From Raillietiella orientalis (lineage: Eukaryota), in assembly GCA_036172245.1 (NCBI GenBank), contig JAYWIR010000036.1, positions 310,001 through 374,000 on the forward strand: a stretch of 64,000 nucleotides of DNA, in the 5' to 3' direction. Each line of letters begins with the position of its first letter. The first letter of the stretch is position 1. The notes under the pieces were generated by a model. It did not search any database. It was not told the DNA's origin and saw nothing but the letters and a program-made list of their open reading frames with translations. A program made the translations under genes and the position numbers. Below are positions 49,799 to 62,800 of the stretch, piece after piece.

Positions 49799-52439
49799 CT
49801 GCAGTAGGATTACCACACCTCTTTTACGATCACAAGGCACTTCTGATTTCCGCTATGATATCCGATCTACATTCTATATTTTAATTCTCACGCTTTAATA
49901 ATTCACACAGGTTTTATTTTGAGATTAGTACTAGAAGTTCTCTTTTTTATTCTCTAATGCTCCTTAATTAATGTCACTTCACATCTAATCTATTTGAATC
50001 CTCAATTTTCTAAAGAATAGTTCTGAATACGCCTTTTCACATGGTAGTTTTCATGACTTACGTTAGAGTAATTACCCATAAATAGTCCACGAACAAATAT
50101 CCTGGATAAACGTCTAGTCTTTGTGGAGAAATCCACAGAGACCATAGTCTCTGTGGAATTAAGAACTCGTGATTCTCTTGGGGAGATTTTCTCCACCAAA
50201 ATGTAAAACTGGTTTATCCAATATGCTGATTATAGAATTTCCAGAACCCTATTATGATAAATTTCTCATTTCTCGCAAGAGATCGTCCAAGTTAGAATAA
50301 AATTAAGAATTTTACAAAAGCATTTTAAAAAATTGCCTAAAAATTGCTACAGAATACGATTGCGAGGACAAAAAGTTAATGAGACAAATCCAAAAAGTGA
50401 CAAATCTACTTTCTGATCAGAGGTCGCTATATGAATGTTCACAATATGAATACTTTGTCAAACAAAATTTTTCTTTTGGCATTTACAGAAAGCTTATCGT
50501 TTTATTATTCAGTTATTTTCATTGCTACTTGGCATTCGTTTGATCATTTTTCAAAATTTTCCATCAAATAATTTCAACTGATTTTTTTGAAATTGTCAAG
50601 GACTTTCGTGAACTATTTTCGCCGCTGTTGCTCAGTTTTCATCAAACTCTGTTTCATTCCTTAGGTGTAATACTCCTTCTTTTTATATTTTTCTCAATTT
50701 TTATAAATCCTTGAAGAATGGATGTTGTATGAATCTACAGATTAAGGCATCGCGGAATTATGCTTTGGTAATAATACAACAAGCGATTCGAGTTTCTATG
50801 ACTCATGGCTCGATACATCATTCTTGATTCTATACGGCGATCATTTGTCTCATGTTTGGATTTTCTATTTAATTTCCACTAACTTCAGCACAGGTTGCAA
50901 ATCAAGGATAGCATAAATTGGAATGGGTGGGACGGGAGTGTGGTGCTGGACTATCAATTAGGCTAACTTCGACAGATGAGAATATAAGTCCTCGGAATTA
51001 CATTATTCAAGTTTCACGATCACACGTGTGCCATGCAAAACAATGTGACCTTGAAGATATACCCTGGGCAGCCGATTAAAGAAGTTAGAAACTGAGGTGA
51101 AAAGGTTGGTGAAAAGAATTCTCGGATTTTTCCTATCGGTTGGCCGCAACGCGCACCCTGGAGAGATGAAGTTGGCGCTGCCATTTTGCACTCCTGCCAG
51201 GTCACATCCGTTGTCGCCGAGCCCTTATTGCTCGGTGCCGCGTGAGAGTAGAAGATAGGCTCTACATCATACAGATCAAAAGAACATCCCCAAAATACCG
51301 GATGACGCTATGCAATGAGTTAAATGAAGAGCACAGGCATTTTCAAACAGACTGTTTACGAGGAGAATTTCATTTGAAGTGTTTTTTTGTTCTTCATGAT
51401 GGCTAATCATCCGAGGGTGCCTGTTTCAACAGACGTGAATCTGTGGATGTCACTCATGCAACGGTGGTACAACAGACAACAGTTTTTCGATTGGCTGCTG
51501 ACGAGGCTGTTGCACCTTCTTGTATGTCCCAAGTATAAACTGCATTAACAAAATCGAATGCGAAGGCATATGTGATTCACCAGATGGAACGCAATACCAG
51601 TTGCCGATCACTACGTGGGTTCCATGAATAGCACATAAAGTAGTTCAATAAAGTCAGATAAAGTAAAATAAAGTTACATTATAATGAATATGCTTGTGTT
51701 ACCTATATATTAACAATTTATACAATGCATCGCAAAGACACGACATAGATTCATACTCTACAACATGAAATAAAGAAGATTGAGAATTTAAAGAGCATCC
51801 ACATTCTCTATCGAGAATTCCAGAAGTATGGAATCCGTATACAACCTAAAATTGTCCCCTTGATACGGTCTCGTGTCTTGTAAGTATATTCCTAAGATCT
51901 GCATAAACAAAGGTCTGGAAGCGAATTGCGCGCTTCTCATTTTCCAGCTCTCACGTGATGCTCAGATGCTATTTGCTCAGATGATTTCTCGCATCGTTCA
52001 CTTTTGCTCCCACTGAAGTCTGCTGTTTTCCAGCTACAGAATCACCGCACTCGCTTTTCTTTACGGCATTTGTTGTCTCTTCGCGTTATGAGCTGATACG
52101 TTTGCAGGGGCGTTTGAAGGATGCTGCTGGGAAGAAGCACCCATCCAGAGCGCAGGTCTGGCAGAGGACGTTCATAGAATCCAAGACCACCTCCCACAGC
52201 GGTGCCTGGTGGTGCTAGAAGAAGCGGTTTCAGCCCCATTCGCGTGCGATCGCTGCAGCGACGGAAAGCTGCGGGGTACAAACGGAAGCTGCTCTCGAAA
52301 AAGCCAGTGGTTTACTCACGTCGTCATCAGGCAGTCATGGGGAAAGTTATAGAGTGATCCTAAAACGTTTGCAAGGTGGATGTAGAATGGTCTGTGCCCT
52401 CCGCGGTTCGGCTGTGGCCCACCGGTGGTAGCCGGTGCA

Positions 52440-53160
52440 TAGGTGGGTGGATGGAGAAGAAAGAACAAGGTCGTGAGCGTGCAAGTTAGCGCAGTGCCAC
52501 TTCTGACGCCTTTGCTGGAGAACGCCCGCCGAACCAGCGGAGGGAGAGAGCTTGCGCCACCTTCGGTGGGGAGTCGTCCGGCCGTCTACGCTGCGGCCAC
52601 GTGCTGGGGGCGCCTCTCAGTGCCATGCTGGGGCTCTCGAGACTGGTGCTGACTGCCCCCTGTGACGCTGACCGACGTGACCCCGGGTACGCCCCACCAG
52701 GTTTCTTCTTTTTTTCTCCCCACAGGACATGGCAGTGGCGGTGATGGGAGGAGGTAGAGAGGCTGTCGTATGGGCCCGTCCCCCGTGCTTCGTTCGTTTC
52801 CTACGGTCCTTCCACAGTCTCCCGCCAACTCCGAAATGCTCGTTTCCTCGCCGGACCAGGTCACCCCTGTCGCATCCCTCCCTAGGGACATCTAGCCGGT
52901 GTAACGCCCCGGACGGGTGGGACGGCTTCCTGACTGGGATCGAGGGCTATGCAGAGGGATGCACGCTGTGTCCCGTCCCCTCCCAGCCCTTTTCCTTCCA
53001 GGGAAGAGGGACCCAAGCCCCCGGCTTCTCTTTTGCGTTGTGGGGCGGACACCCTCCAGAGTCCTCTCTGACTCTGACCGCAGCATACCCTTGGGCTATC
53101 TCCTGCCGCCAGATCGTCTCACTACTTACCAGGGGCAGGAGTAGCTTCCGCTTTTTTCAA
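52440..53160 (+). mobile_element. Decayed L1/Tx1-like RT fragment
   Basis: VSVQVSAVPLLTPLLE...GSRPAVYAAA resembles the RQG.PLSP..LE...AYADD segment. Confidence 0.33.
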
Positions 53161-53714
53161 AGATGGCAGGGTGTTTCCTCTGCCTCTGCAGGAGGAGGAG
53201 GAGGAGGAGGAGGAGGAAGAAGTCTATCAGGCAGATGGAACGACTGAGAAAGACGGGGAGGGGAGATGCGCCACCCTAGCCGAGAAGGTGGGAGGGAGAA
53301 TTGGTGCATCCTGAGCAGTGCCCTTGCCCTTTCCTCATGACCGCAGATCCGCAGACCTTCCCAGCTTCCCACTCGATGGCACTTCGGTCAGTGGGCGCCT
53401 CTTCTTCGGGTTGGCTAGGTGGTCCCAGAGAGCGGGAGCACAGAGGCGCGCCGAGCAGAGCGCACCTGTGCGGATCGCAGCAGTGAGGTGGCGCTCTCAG
53501 GAAACGAGTCAGTGTTCCCCTTCCTGATCGATTCCGCTCTCCAGACATTGAGGAACGGCAGAAAACTCGCGCGTTCCTCCGGCGGCGGATTCCCGCTGCT
53601 CCCCTAATGTTTCCGTCTTCTGTTCGTTCTGAAAGATTCATCTCCCTGGTCGAGTCGCGTTTCGTTTCCTGCTACACGTCCTTCTGCTTCTGTTCTTCAG
53701 CCCCAGTAACGGGA

Positions 53715-54410
53715 GACCCGCTTCGGAAGCCGCGCGGCTGCGGTCTCCGCGCATGGAACCCTGAGTCGCGGGCTCGAACACCAACCGAGGGAAGAATGGA
53801 TGCCGGAGAAACGGGAGGCGCGTCGTGATTTCGAGTTGCTCCCGCGAGATGACGCTGGTTGGCCTGCATTCATTCGGGTGTGGCACCCGGCATTCATTCT
53901 GGTGGAAGCCGGACGCCCCCCGTTGACAGGCCGGGATTTGGAAGTCGACCCTGCGGGTTCCTTCCAGGAATCGAGGAGCCCTCCGGGTTCGCTCTCCGGT
54001 TGGAGAAATGGGGTCGCCATCTCCCTCTGCCGCTTATCATGGAACCTCCTCAGAGTGTGAAGAAGCGCTCTGCTCTCTATGTGAAGCGTCCATCAGAGAA
54101 AATCGGGAAGCGTCCCTTAGGGATTCTCTCCAGAGGAGGAAACAGGGAGCGGCTCCCTCCGAGGGGTCCTTCCGCAGAAAATAAGGAAGAGGGTGGTTCC
54201 CTTCGGGGTTCCTCTCCCAGGCGCGAGAGGAACGCATTCCTTCTTCCGGGCTTCTTCCTGGATTCATAGGGTGGCCCTCTCGGGGTTCCTCTCGTGTGGT
54301 AATCCCTTGAAGGGTTACCACACACATCCTATGATGGCGTGGACAGCGGCAAAGAGCTTGGCGAGCCACCAGGCGAACGGGTACTTGGAGAACCGAAAAA
54401 AAAAAAAAAA
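53715..54410 (+). mobile_element. tRNA-derived SINE, apparently full length (~0.7 kb) with poly(A) tail
   Basis: tRNA-like head at 53717-53790 with a B-box-like gggctcgaacacc. The body aligns by eye with 24700-25570 and 29070-29400. Palindrome gtgtggtaatcccttgaagggttaccacac near the 3' end; A15 at 54396-54410. Confidence 0.72.
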
Positions 54411-54919
54411 CTGGAGGGCAAACAGCGAAAACAGGGAACGGCGACCCAGCTGCTAACCTAAGGGAAAGCGTGGCTCTCGTTCCACAGAGGCGAGCTCGGG
54501 AAATACGGGAGAGCACGCAGGGGACCGCCCTTTCTGGAACGCAGAAGTAGGGACGTGCACATGAAAAGGCCAAGGAGAAAGGTCCTTCCTCCGGATCTTG
54601 CGCGAGCCCCCGGCAGTGGTTGCAGCTGCCCACGAGAGGGTCTGTCAGCACTGCTAGGCGGGCGGCTGCTTCTCCCGCCATCTTCGCGCAGCAGCATCTT
54701 CCGCTTATCTATCCGATCAGGATGCGCGCTCACCGGCCCGGAGCCGCCTTACGGAAACTCTCGGGGAGCGGCTCCCTGACGAAAGAGGGGGCGCAGAGAG
54801 GCTCATCATCCACTTGTGCGTCTTCTCGACGGCAGCTCTCTGCTAGTGGCACGCTTGCCCAACAGGAGCCGCCTATTTCAATGCCGACTGCTGCCAATGA
54901 GATCTAGCGGAACATCTCT

Positions 54920-56150
54920 GTACCAAATTCTCGAAGCTTGAAAAAGGGCGCGCTTTCGACAGCACCTCCTGCAAGGAGAAAAAAGAACAAGGAGCCAAAC
55001 TTATTTACTGAACTCTGCAGACGGTGGTTCGTGAGTGGTCAGTAGAAGAGTATGGAAGGCCTGACCATGTCATGGGCGATTCAGCATTGGCGCAGAGGCG
55101 TCGCTGTATGTCGGAGCGAAACTTTGTTCAGAAGATTCGTATATGACTTCATGAGGGAAGAGTTATGGGAATGATACTCTCGGTTGGAGGTTTACAGTGG
55201 TCCAGCTTGAAGCTACTCTGTGAGACACGAGTGTTACTGTTTGGACTTGATGGAATTTTCCTTAGCTGTCTGATGCGGGAGATGCAAGAAATTCGAATCA
55301 CTCGAATTTTCTTCCACAGGTGCAGAAAACGGATGTCTATGCGATGGAGTAACCCTTCTTCCACGTGCAGGGAAGGGAGTCACCTGAAGAGATAGGCGCA
55401 AGGGGAGCATCTCCCTTCATCCAAAGAGTGGCATCGCCGTTCCCGCAGCACTACAAGGAACTTTTATTAGCCCGAAGTTAGCGGCAGAAGAAACCCTGGG
55501 AACCATTACGTGGAGATGCCAGAGAACACCGTATTACTTCCAAGACAGTGTTCGAAGAGTGAGTGGGTATTGTTTAGGTTCTTCTCGATGTCTGCGGAAA
55601 AAATTCAAGCTAACAGCGAGCCGAGACCTCCGTGGCACGAGTGAAAGACGTTTGCATCCACCTCTTGGGCTGATGGAGGCTGGTCGATGTGCTTCCTTTC
55701 CCCTAATCCTTTCCTTCCTTCCTCCACTTCTTCTTCCTCCTCCTCCTCCTTTCTTTCCTTCCTGCCTTGCTCCATCTACGGAGGAGCCCTTTGCCTTCCA
55801 TGAAGGCGGCACCAGCAGCGCGTAATCCGCAGGGAACCAGATGCCTCGTTCTCGCACACAAACTCTGCATCATAATGGCAGGCGGCAAGTACAGAACGTG
55901 ACACCGCCAGTGGTAGTTCAATGAGTGTGGTTCACCAAAGGCAACCAATCAAGGAGACGCACGGACTTTGCATGGAATAGCGAGGCAAACACGACCTCGG
56001 AGTGGTTCCCTGAAGCAAGAAAACTTTCCATCCTTCCTACCGGCACCTCGGTCTATAACAGCGCAAGTGAACAGCATCCACGAATGACGGCAGTTTGCCC
56101 TCGAAGGTAGAGGCCACGAGGTGTGGCTGCACATCCGCGAAACCGAGATG
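54920..56150 (+). mobile_element. Decayed R1/LOA-like non-LTR fragment
   Basis: AFDS, VYA and WNSEANTTSEWFP..LPTG.SVYN resemble the RT and C-terminal W..WFP..LTGHG region. Weak. Confidence 0.27.
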
Positions 56151-57179
56151 GACGCAGCTGCGTGATGCAAAGCAGGCGAGCTGCGCAAAGTCCCTGTACG
56201 GTCCCGGCTGAACGGACGGAATCCGGAACAGGAAAAGAGTCTGACGCTGAGCAGGAAGCCATGGGCACATCTATCCGGGATCGTCTTACAAAGTGGACGG
56301 GAAGACGCTGCAGCAGCCTCAGAGGTTCGACTAGCTCTGAAGATGCAGGACGACTCATCGTGGGCGTCTGCCGTTCATCGCTGGACTTGGGACGATGCAC
56401 GGCAGGTCATTCACGGAAGATGCAAATCATTTGGGAGTCCGGGACCCTGAGGACGCCTCTGCACGGATGCATTACTGCATCCTGAAGAGGATCGGGGGAA
56501 AAACCTCAAGAGGCGGAGGACCTCGGACCAGTCCAGTGGCCTTACGAGGGAGCCCAAGGCAATCCAAAAACGCCGCTGTATTCGTACGCCCCATCGCGCG
56601 GCCGTAGACTTGCGTTTGTATTCTCATCTAAACACCTCCTCCCCTTCTCCCCTAGTGTCCTACTGCTGGGCGAAATGAAAGAGAGAGGCAGTGACCGATT
56701 TCGTGTTTGTCCTGGAAACCCTTGCGCGCTCCCTCTCCTCGTAGGGACTTTCCTCATCTCTTCGCGAACCCTCGTGAAGACATCCCAACAGCCGCCCCAC
56801 AGGAGTGGCCCCATCTGCGTTTCGGTGGTGGCGCGACTGATGAGACGCGCCTTGCTCACACGCGGAGTGGCTCCGGACGAGTGACTCCCCGTCATTCCCC
56901 TGCCACTCGGAATTCGTAGTGAACAACCCGACCGTGGAGGGAGGAAGAAGAGGAAGGCGCGAAGGAGCCTCCTCCTTCTCCTCTTCCATCCCTCCTCTCT
57001 CCTCCTCCTGTGCCTTCCTCGCCTCCCCCCCTCCGACGAGCCACGAGCGCAGATGGCGGCGGTGGACTCCCCGCAGCAGTCCCCTGGGCACCTCTCCCCT
57101 CCATCTCGGGTGGCGGAAGACCGGCGTCTGATTTAAGGGGGCCCCGGACGAGTCTGGGCGGATGAGAAAGGAGGGGGAG

Positions 57180-58650
57180 GAAGGCAGCAGAGTTTCTATG
57201 CCAAAATCCTCCCAGGAGCTCTGACGGATTGTCATAAATCATTTGAGAGACCCTTCGGGGTTCACGAGGTTGGCAACTCCGGAGTCTTTGCGGATTAACG
57301 CGGATCTCCGCATTCCCGGCCTCCCCCCCTCCTCTCCTCTCCCTCTCCTGGGCTCCTTCCCGACGGAGGAAAGTTTCGGCGCCTTGCCATGTCTTCCTTT
57401 GTCCCTGCCGCTGCCATTTTGTCGGACGGAGGCAGAGGGGGGGGGGCAAGGGGTGCGCTGGTAGGATCAGCTGGCGAATCCACGGGTCGCGCCTTCCGGA
57501 GGGAAATCGGGGAGGCGAGGCAAGCGGGTCGTTTCCCATGACGACGGACAGCTCTAGGGAAGCTGTGCGTCCTCGGAACTGGTCGGGGGTCTTCCCGTAG
57601 GGAAGATAGCGGTGCGGTGGTCCTCCGGTCGGCGGCTGCGAGGAGGACCCGGGAAGCGGGACGAACCGGCGCGGTTGCCATGCCGACGAGGGGAGCGAGC
57701 GCTCTCGCCGGACCGGACTCCCTTTCCGGGATACCTGAGGCCGTCGTTCCGGACGACCATCGTTCGGGCGATGAGGCCATCCCAGGGAGTCCTTTTGCGG
57801 TGACACGTCTGCGAGCCTGCTCCCTGACGACGCCGGGCGCCTCCTGGCAATGAAACAGCTCCCGCGGAGCCGTCCGTTCCCGGGGAGAGCCTCCTGCTGC
57901 GCGGTGGGTGGACAAGGGAGGGGAGGGAAGGGAGGCCGGGTGGGGCGCAAGGGTTTCAGGTAGAGGCCCCCCTTCCTCCCTAGAGACAGGGGGGGGCGGA
58001 TGCGCAGTTGTCCGTGAGACTGAGTATCCTGGACGGGGCAGAAGGGTCCTCGAAGCGGCCTTCCTCTGGCGGTCACGCGGGCGAGTTCCTGCTCCGCAGC
58101 AGACGAACGGCTCAGGGCGTGCCGTCCGGTCCATTCCCGGATGCTGCGGAGGCTCCGACGGCGAGAGCGGAGGAGCTGTCATCCCTCCTTCCCGCGGGCG
58201 GGGAGATGAGTGGCTCCCCTTGCGTGCGCCCTCTGCCGAGCGCGGGGGTCGACGGGCGCGCGTAAATCAAATCTCCCAGGCGGCGAGGGCTCTCCCATCC
58301 GCCCACCCGCTCGGCCGCTGCGTGGTCCCAGAGCGCCCGTCGCCCGGGAGACGGGGCGACCCAAGCGAGTGACAAACGAGCTGCGCGGGGGCGATGGCAG
58401 CGTCTCGGAGGAGCTTCGAACCGGGGTGCGGCTCTCCCGGCCTGACGGGCGCCTGGCGACGCACCAGCAGACGCGGGAAAGAGAGGGGTGCCCCGCCCAC
58501 AGGCTCTCTCCGGCTTACCGGGAACTCAAGGCGCAGCTGCCTGCGCTCCCTGAGGGCACCGACGCCGCAGGCACCATCCCCTTTGCTGAGAAGCGGACTC
58601 CCCCTTTTCTGGCGAAGGCGATAGCAGCGCGGAGGGTGCCCTCTATCCTC
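57180..58650 (+). mobile_element. Decayed L1/Tx1-like ORF2 (RT and downstream region)
   Basis: INHLRDP..FTR (INGHL..PF..RG), LRIPGLP, RRVLEAAFLWRSR (F.FLW.G) and TPPFLAKAI occur in the expected order across frameshifts. Confidence 0.42.
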
Positions 58651-60169
58651 CTCCCCCCTCCACCTTTGAGCAGGAGCGATAAGCTTTCCTTCCGTAAGCG
58701 ATCCGAGAGGGAGCGCGGCGGCTGGCGGACGCCGTGCGGGCGGCGCAGCACCGGTGGAAGGAACAGGAAACTTTCGGGAGGCTCTCAAGTCTCCCACCAT
58801 CCTTTCCCCCCCTCCTCCACCCACCCCGTCCTCTCGCCGTCATCCTCGTTGCCAACACGCCGCCGCTGCTGACGTTACTGTTCCTCCTGGCGATTTCTCG
58901 GCTGCCCTCCCGCACTTTCGACTCGGGCGCCCGGCTGCGCCCGCGTCTCCTCCACCGGCTCGAACAAGGCGCGGCCAGGTCAGCCTACCACCCTTCCCGA
59001 TCCTCCGGGCGCCGAGGTCTCCGAAGACCGAAAAGAAGAAACTGGGGGGAAGGGAGGGGGAAGGGACGGGATGGTCGCAAAAGACGGCGGCGGCGGCGGA
59101 GGAGGAAAGTAGGGGGTAGCTCGGCAGGGTGCAGCTTTTCTGTCCTTCCGTGGAACCGGCGCGGGCGTTTCGAAGGGGCGGACCTGGACGGGGTGGGGAC
59201 GGCACAACCCTGCAAAGGGATTCTCCCTTCCCTCCTCCTCCTTCCTCCTCGGGAGCAGGAGACGGGAACGCCTCTCCCCGTCCCCCTTCCTCTGCGTTTG
59301 CAACCTACGAGGTCCCTCGAGGTACGGCCGCTCGGTCGCCACCCCTACCCGCCGCTTTCCCTCCGGAAGGGACGGGAGAGCTTTCCTGCTTTCCCGCACG
59401 TCCGCGGGGGGCGGAGCAAGGAGGAACGCTACGAGGCGTCGGCGTTGGGATCGCCGGAAACAACAAGTGAAAAAAAAGACTGCGACATTAATGCCCGACC
59501 GCCACCAGCACTTCGGAGCGTCGTGCGCCGGCAGGGAGGAGGCAGCCTCTGTGGCTCCTCGCTCTGCCGGCGGCGACTCGTGCGCCCGCTTTCCGCGCGT
59601 GCGCTGAGGTCAGGGGTCGCCCTTGCGCCCACGTCGTGGCCGGGTTGGGAGTGACTCTGGAATCTCCCGCCCTTCCCCTCCCATTCTAGGAGGTTCTCCC
59701 TCGCCTCGCCTCTTCCTCTCCACCCCTCGAGCGGGCGCGCCCCATCCCGTCCCGTCCCACCATAAAGGGTAGGTGGGCTTGCGGATCCGGTGGGTGGCGC
59801 TGAAGGCGTCGGACCGCGGGAGGTGGTCACCCTCTCCCGGGACCACTGCTTCCCCGAGGGTCGTCTGTTCCTTCCGGGGCCGTGCGCGGAGAGAGTCTGC
59901 GGCTGTAGGGGCTGCCGGGAAGACGTTGGAAGGGGCGGAGGCGCCGCTGCTTGGGAAGCTCCGGAGGGGGAAGAGCCGAAGAGCGGGACGGGGCGTTTCC
60001 TCCTCTCTTCCTGGATCTTTCCGGGATCCATGGCCGGCCTGGGGGACTCCTCACGAGCCCGACGGCTCTCTTCCGATCCCTGAGGCGCCCACGTCTCCAG
60101 AGGCAACCCCCCGCTCTTCCGGCGTGCAGCCTCCGCCGTCCCTCTGGCGTGACGCCTCGGCCGGGGGGT

Positions 60170-62800
60170 AGCGCGTCATGCCGTAGCGCATCTTCAGCGC
60201 CTTAGCAGGTGAGGAGGAGGAGAGGGTCGCTCGTCTTTTGTCAGCAGGCACTGCTTGAGGGTGGTCTTTCACCCTCAAAACGAGGGCTGCGGTCACCCTC
60301 AGGGATTGCCTCCCACGAGTAGCGAGGCATTCTCTCCGCGTGCTGCTTGCCACCACCGGTCCCACCTGAAGCACCCTCTTGGTCCCGACCTCGAGAAAGA
60401 AGAGTGGGCGGGGCCGGTCCCCGCCCGCCGGAGGGGAGGCAGCTTGGCGGATCCTTGTAGCCGGATCATAGGCTGTTCTCCTGAGGCGGCAGGGCGGCCG
60501 TACTACTCGAAGAGAGTGACGTCACCCCCCGTTGCCAGCTTCGAGCCTCACGGTCGTTTCATCGTCGAGGAGGTGGAAGGACGTGCCTCCTTGGACCTTC
60601 CAGAACGTCCTGGGAAGCCCTCGGGCTCGCGGAGGGTGCTGGCGTCGGCGCCGCCTCGAGGAGCCACCGAAGGCCTTCCCCCTCACCCTCCTCGACTGCC
60701 TCCCTTCGTTAGTACGGAGGTTGCAGCAGCCAACCGACGAGCGTGTCCCTCCGGAGAGGGAGAATCCCAACGGAATTGCCGCGCTTCGCCGCCGGTCGGG
60801 TGGGTGGGGAACCGGTGCGAACCTAACCTACCCCCTCTCCTGTTCCGTTCCTCAGCGCGCGCGGGGACGCCGTTCTATAAATAGACCACTAGCGTCGTGC
60901 GTCGCCATTATTGAGAAGCGTTTCTCGCTCTCAGGATACGCGCGCCCTCTTCCTCCACGCAGCAGCAGCGGCTCCATGGAGTGCTTCTTTCGGAGCGGCT
61001 TACGTCGGCCTGAGAGCAGCGGAGGTGCAGCGAAGGATGAGGCTGCGTCCGTAGGGACCAGGTCGAGAGTCGGTGCTCCTGGAGCGCAGTTCTCTTGCCT
61101 TGTCCCCGAGTCTAGGAGAGCGCGGAACGCGCGGGCGAGTTCGCTCGGGACGATGCTCCGGATTGCTTCCGGCATCCCAGGAAGACCTTGCGTTGGAGTG
61201 GACATTGGACACCCAGGGACGAAGGTGAGCATCAGAAGGTCCGGATGCCATTTGTCCTCAGCGAGTCCGATGCGTCGCTGAAGGCGAGAGGCCTCGCACC
61301 GTCGTGGACGCATCGACAGCACGTGATTTCCCTTTTCTCTTCCTTGCTTCGGTAGCCGGTCAAGTTTCCATGCCTTCCTCATGGTCGCTTCGGATCTTCA
61401 TGTCGCCAGCTGAGATGGCTCTTGCATTACGCACACGTAAGCGCTTCGTGGCGGTGATAACGACATCACAGCGCCATGAAGCGAGAGATCCTGTAACCCG
61501 ATTCCTGGAAGAGAAACTGGGTTCAGCGGCCGCAGCGTTGGCACGGGAATGCCGAAACCTCAGTGGGAAATCATCGCAGCAGTGTCATCAACAAAGACCT
61601 CCTGGGTGCGACCTCAGACCGATAAGCACTGTGCCTGAGGGCGTTTGTGTGAGGCACACACACACCCACGCTGGGGTGTTACCATTTTGCGAGAGTCGGG
61701 ACACGGGCAACCATTTCGAAGGGTCGATCACCCAGCACATCCATCTTCCAGGAGGACCTCTGCCTCCACGGTTTCCTTGGCTGCCAAGGGGAATTCCATG
61801 CGATGGCAGATGTTGCCCGTTGCCCTGGGGACTCTGCTGTCCTGCTGTTCCTGCAGACAGAAGGAATTTTTCCAACTCGTGCACGTGTGAAGGATGCTAG
61901 GGATCGGGGAGGATGCTAGGGATTTCCGTGTGAAACTGAAAGGGTGGACCTCACTTTGCCATCTCCTGGTGCGTGCCGAACTCAGCATCTCCGCGTCCGG
62001 GCATCTCTGCCTGTAGGTGTCGTTCAGCGAGCCCGGACTTCCAGGACATTCTCGTGCTAGCATTCTCCGCCTCCAGCGGAGGTCCTCCAAGGAGGAGCCT
62101 CGGTTCTTGCTTACGTTGTCGCGTGAGCGGTTCTTCGGCCAACAGCACAAGCAGGGAGCCTTCTGGGGTTTGTGGTGGCCGCTCGAGGCAGCCTTCGGTG
62201 GCAGCTCGGGAAAAAAAAAAAAAATCGGCTCTCTCAGGGTGCGACTATTCCTCGCCTATTAGCGAACTAGACATGGGGACTTCCATCCTCGAGGGTAGAT
62301 GGACCGCTCCTTATTCTCGGCCTATGGTTCGCGAGGAAGACCGAAATTCCTGAAGTAATTCGCGGTCATCTCTTCGATAGCGTGCGCAAGAGAGCAAGAG
62401 GGAACGGAGCCCTCCGAGCGAGAGCCACCCGACCGACCATCCGATTCGAAGGAGTTCGCGTCAGCATACCTGGGACTCGGCCTTGGGATTCCTGTCTGGA
62501 ACGGCAGCCGGAAAGCGCCCCATATTGCGAACACCGTCTGGCGCTGCCTGCCTTTCCAGCGGGGCTGCCGCGTCTGCAGGTGCGTCTCGCCGCTCGTGCC
62601 TGCAGACACGGTGATCCTGCTCCTGGAAGCACCTGTTCCACAGAGTTGCGGTGGTCACAAGTGTCCGAATTTCTGTTGCCCCTCTGGCGAGCATCTGCTC
62701 CTTCCGTCCGGCGTGCCTGCGGTCAGCATGGCTCCCTCTGAAGCACAACAGAATGGGGATGGACACTTGGGACGGACACGCGCAGGAGCGCGGGTGCATT
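60170..62800 (-). mobile_element. Decayed R2/NeSL-like (restriction-like endonuclease) non-LTR retrotransposon
   Basis: Ordered remnants across frames: N-terminal zinc finger (NRCF..HERRDAP), DPSKWLPV (DP.NWRPI), PKQG (GVKQG), PLAFSD (LAFADD), FHLLD..TVRLEAG (RLE D..V.FE) and GPVVA..RG. Nucleotide similarity to 31850-32650. Confidence 0.55.

Noticed and set aside
56892..59654. Long ORFs of 220-394 aa on both strands
   Set aside because: They are low-complexity R/P/G/S-rich translations typical of GC-rich DNA, with no domain motifs, and they overlap a decayed LINE.
59990..60060. Fifth SINE copy (ttcctggatctttccgggatccatgg resembles ttcttcctggattcatagg)
   Set aside because: The similarity is short and low-complexity, and the flanks do not align by eye.
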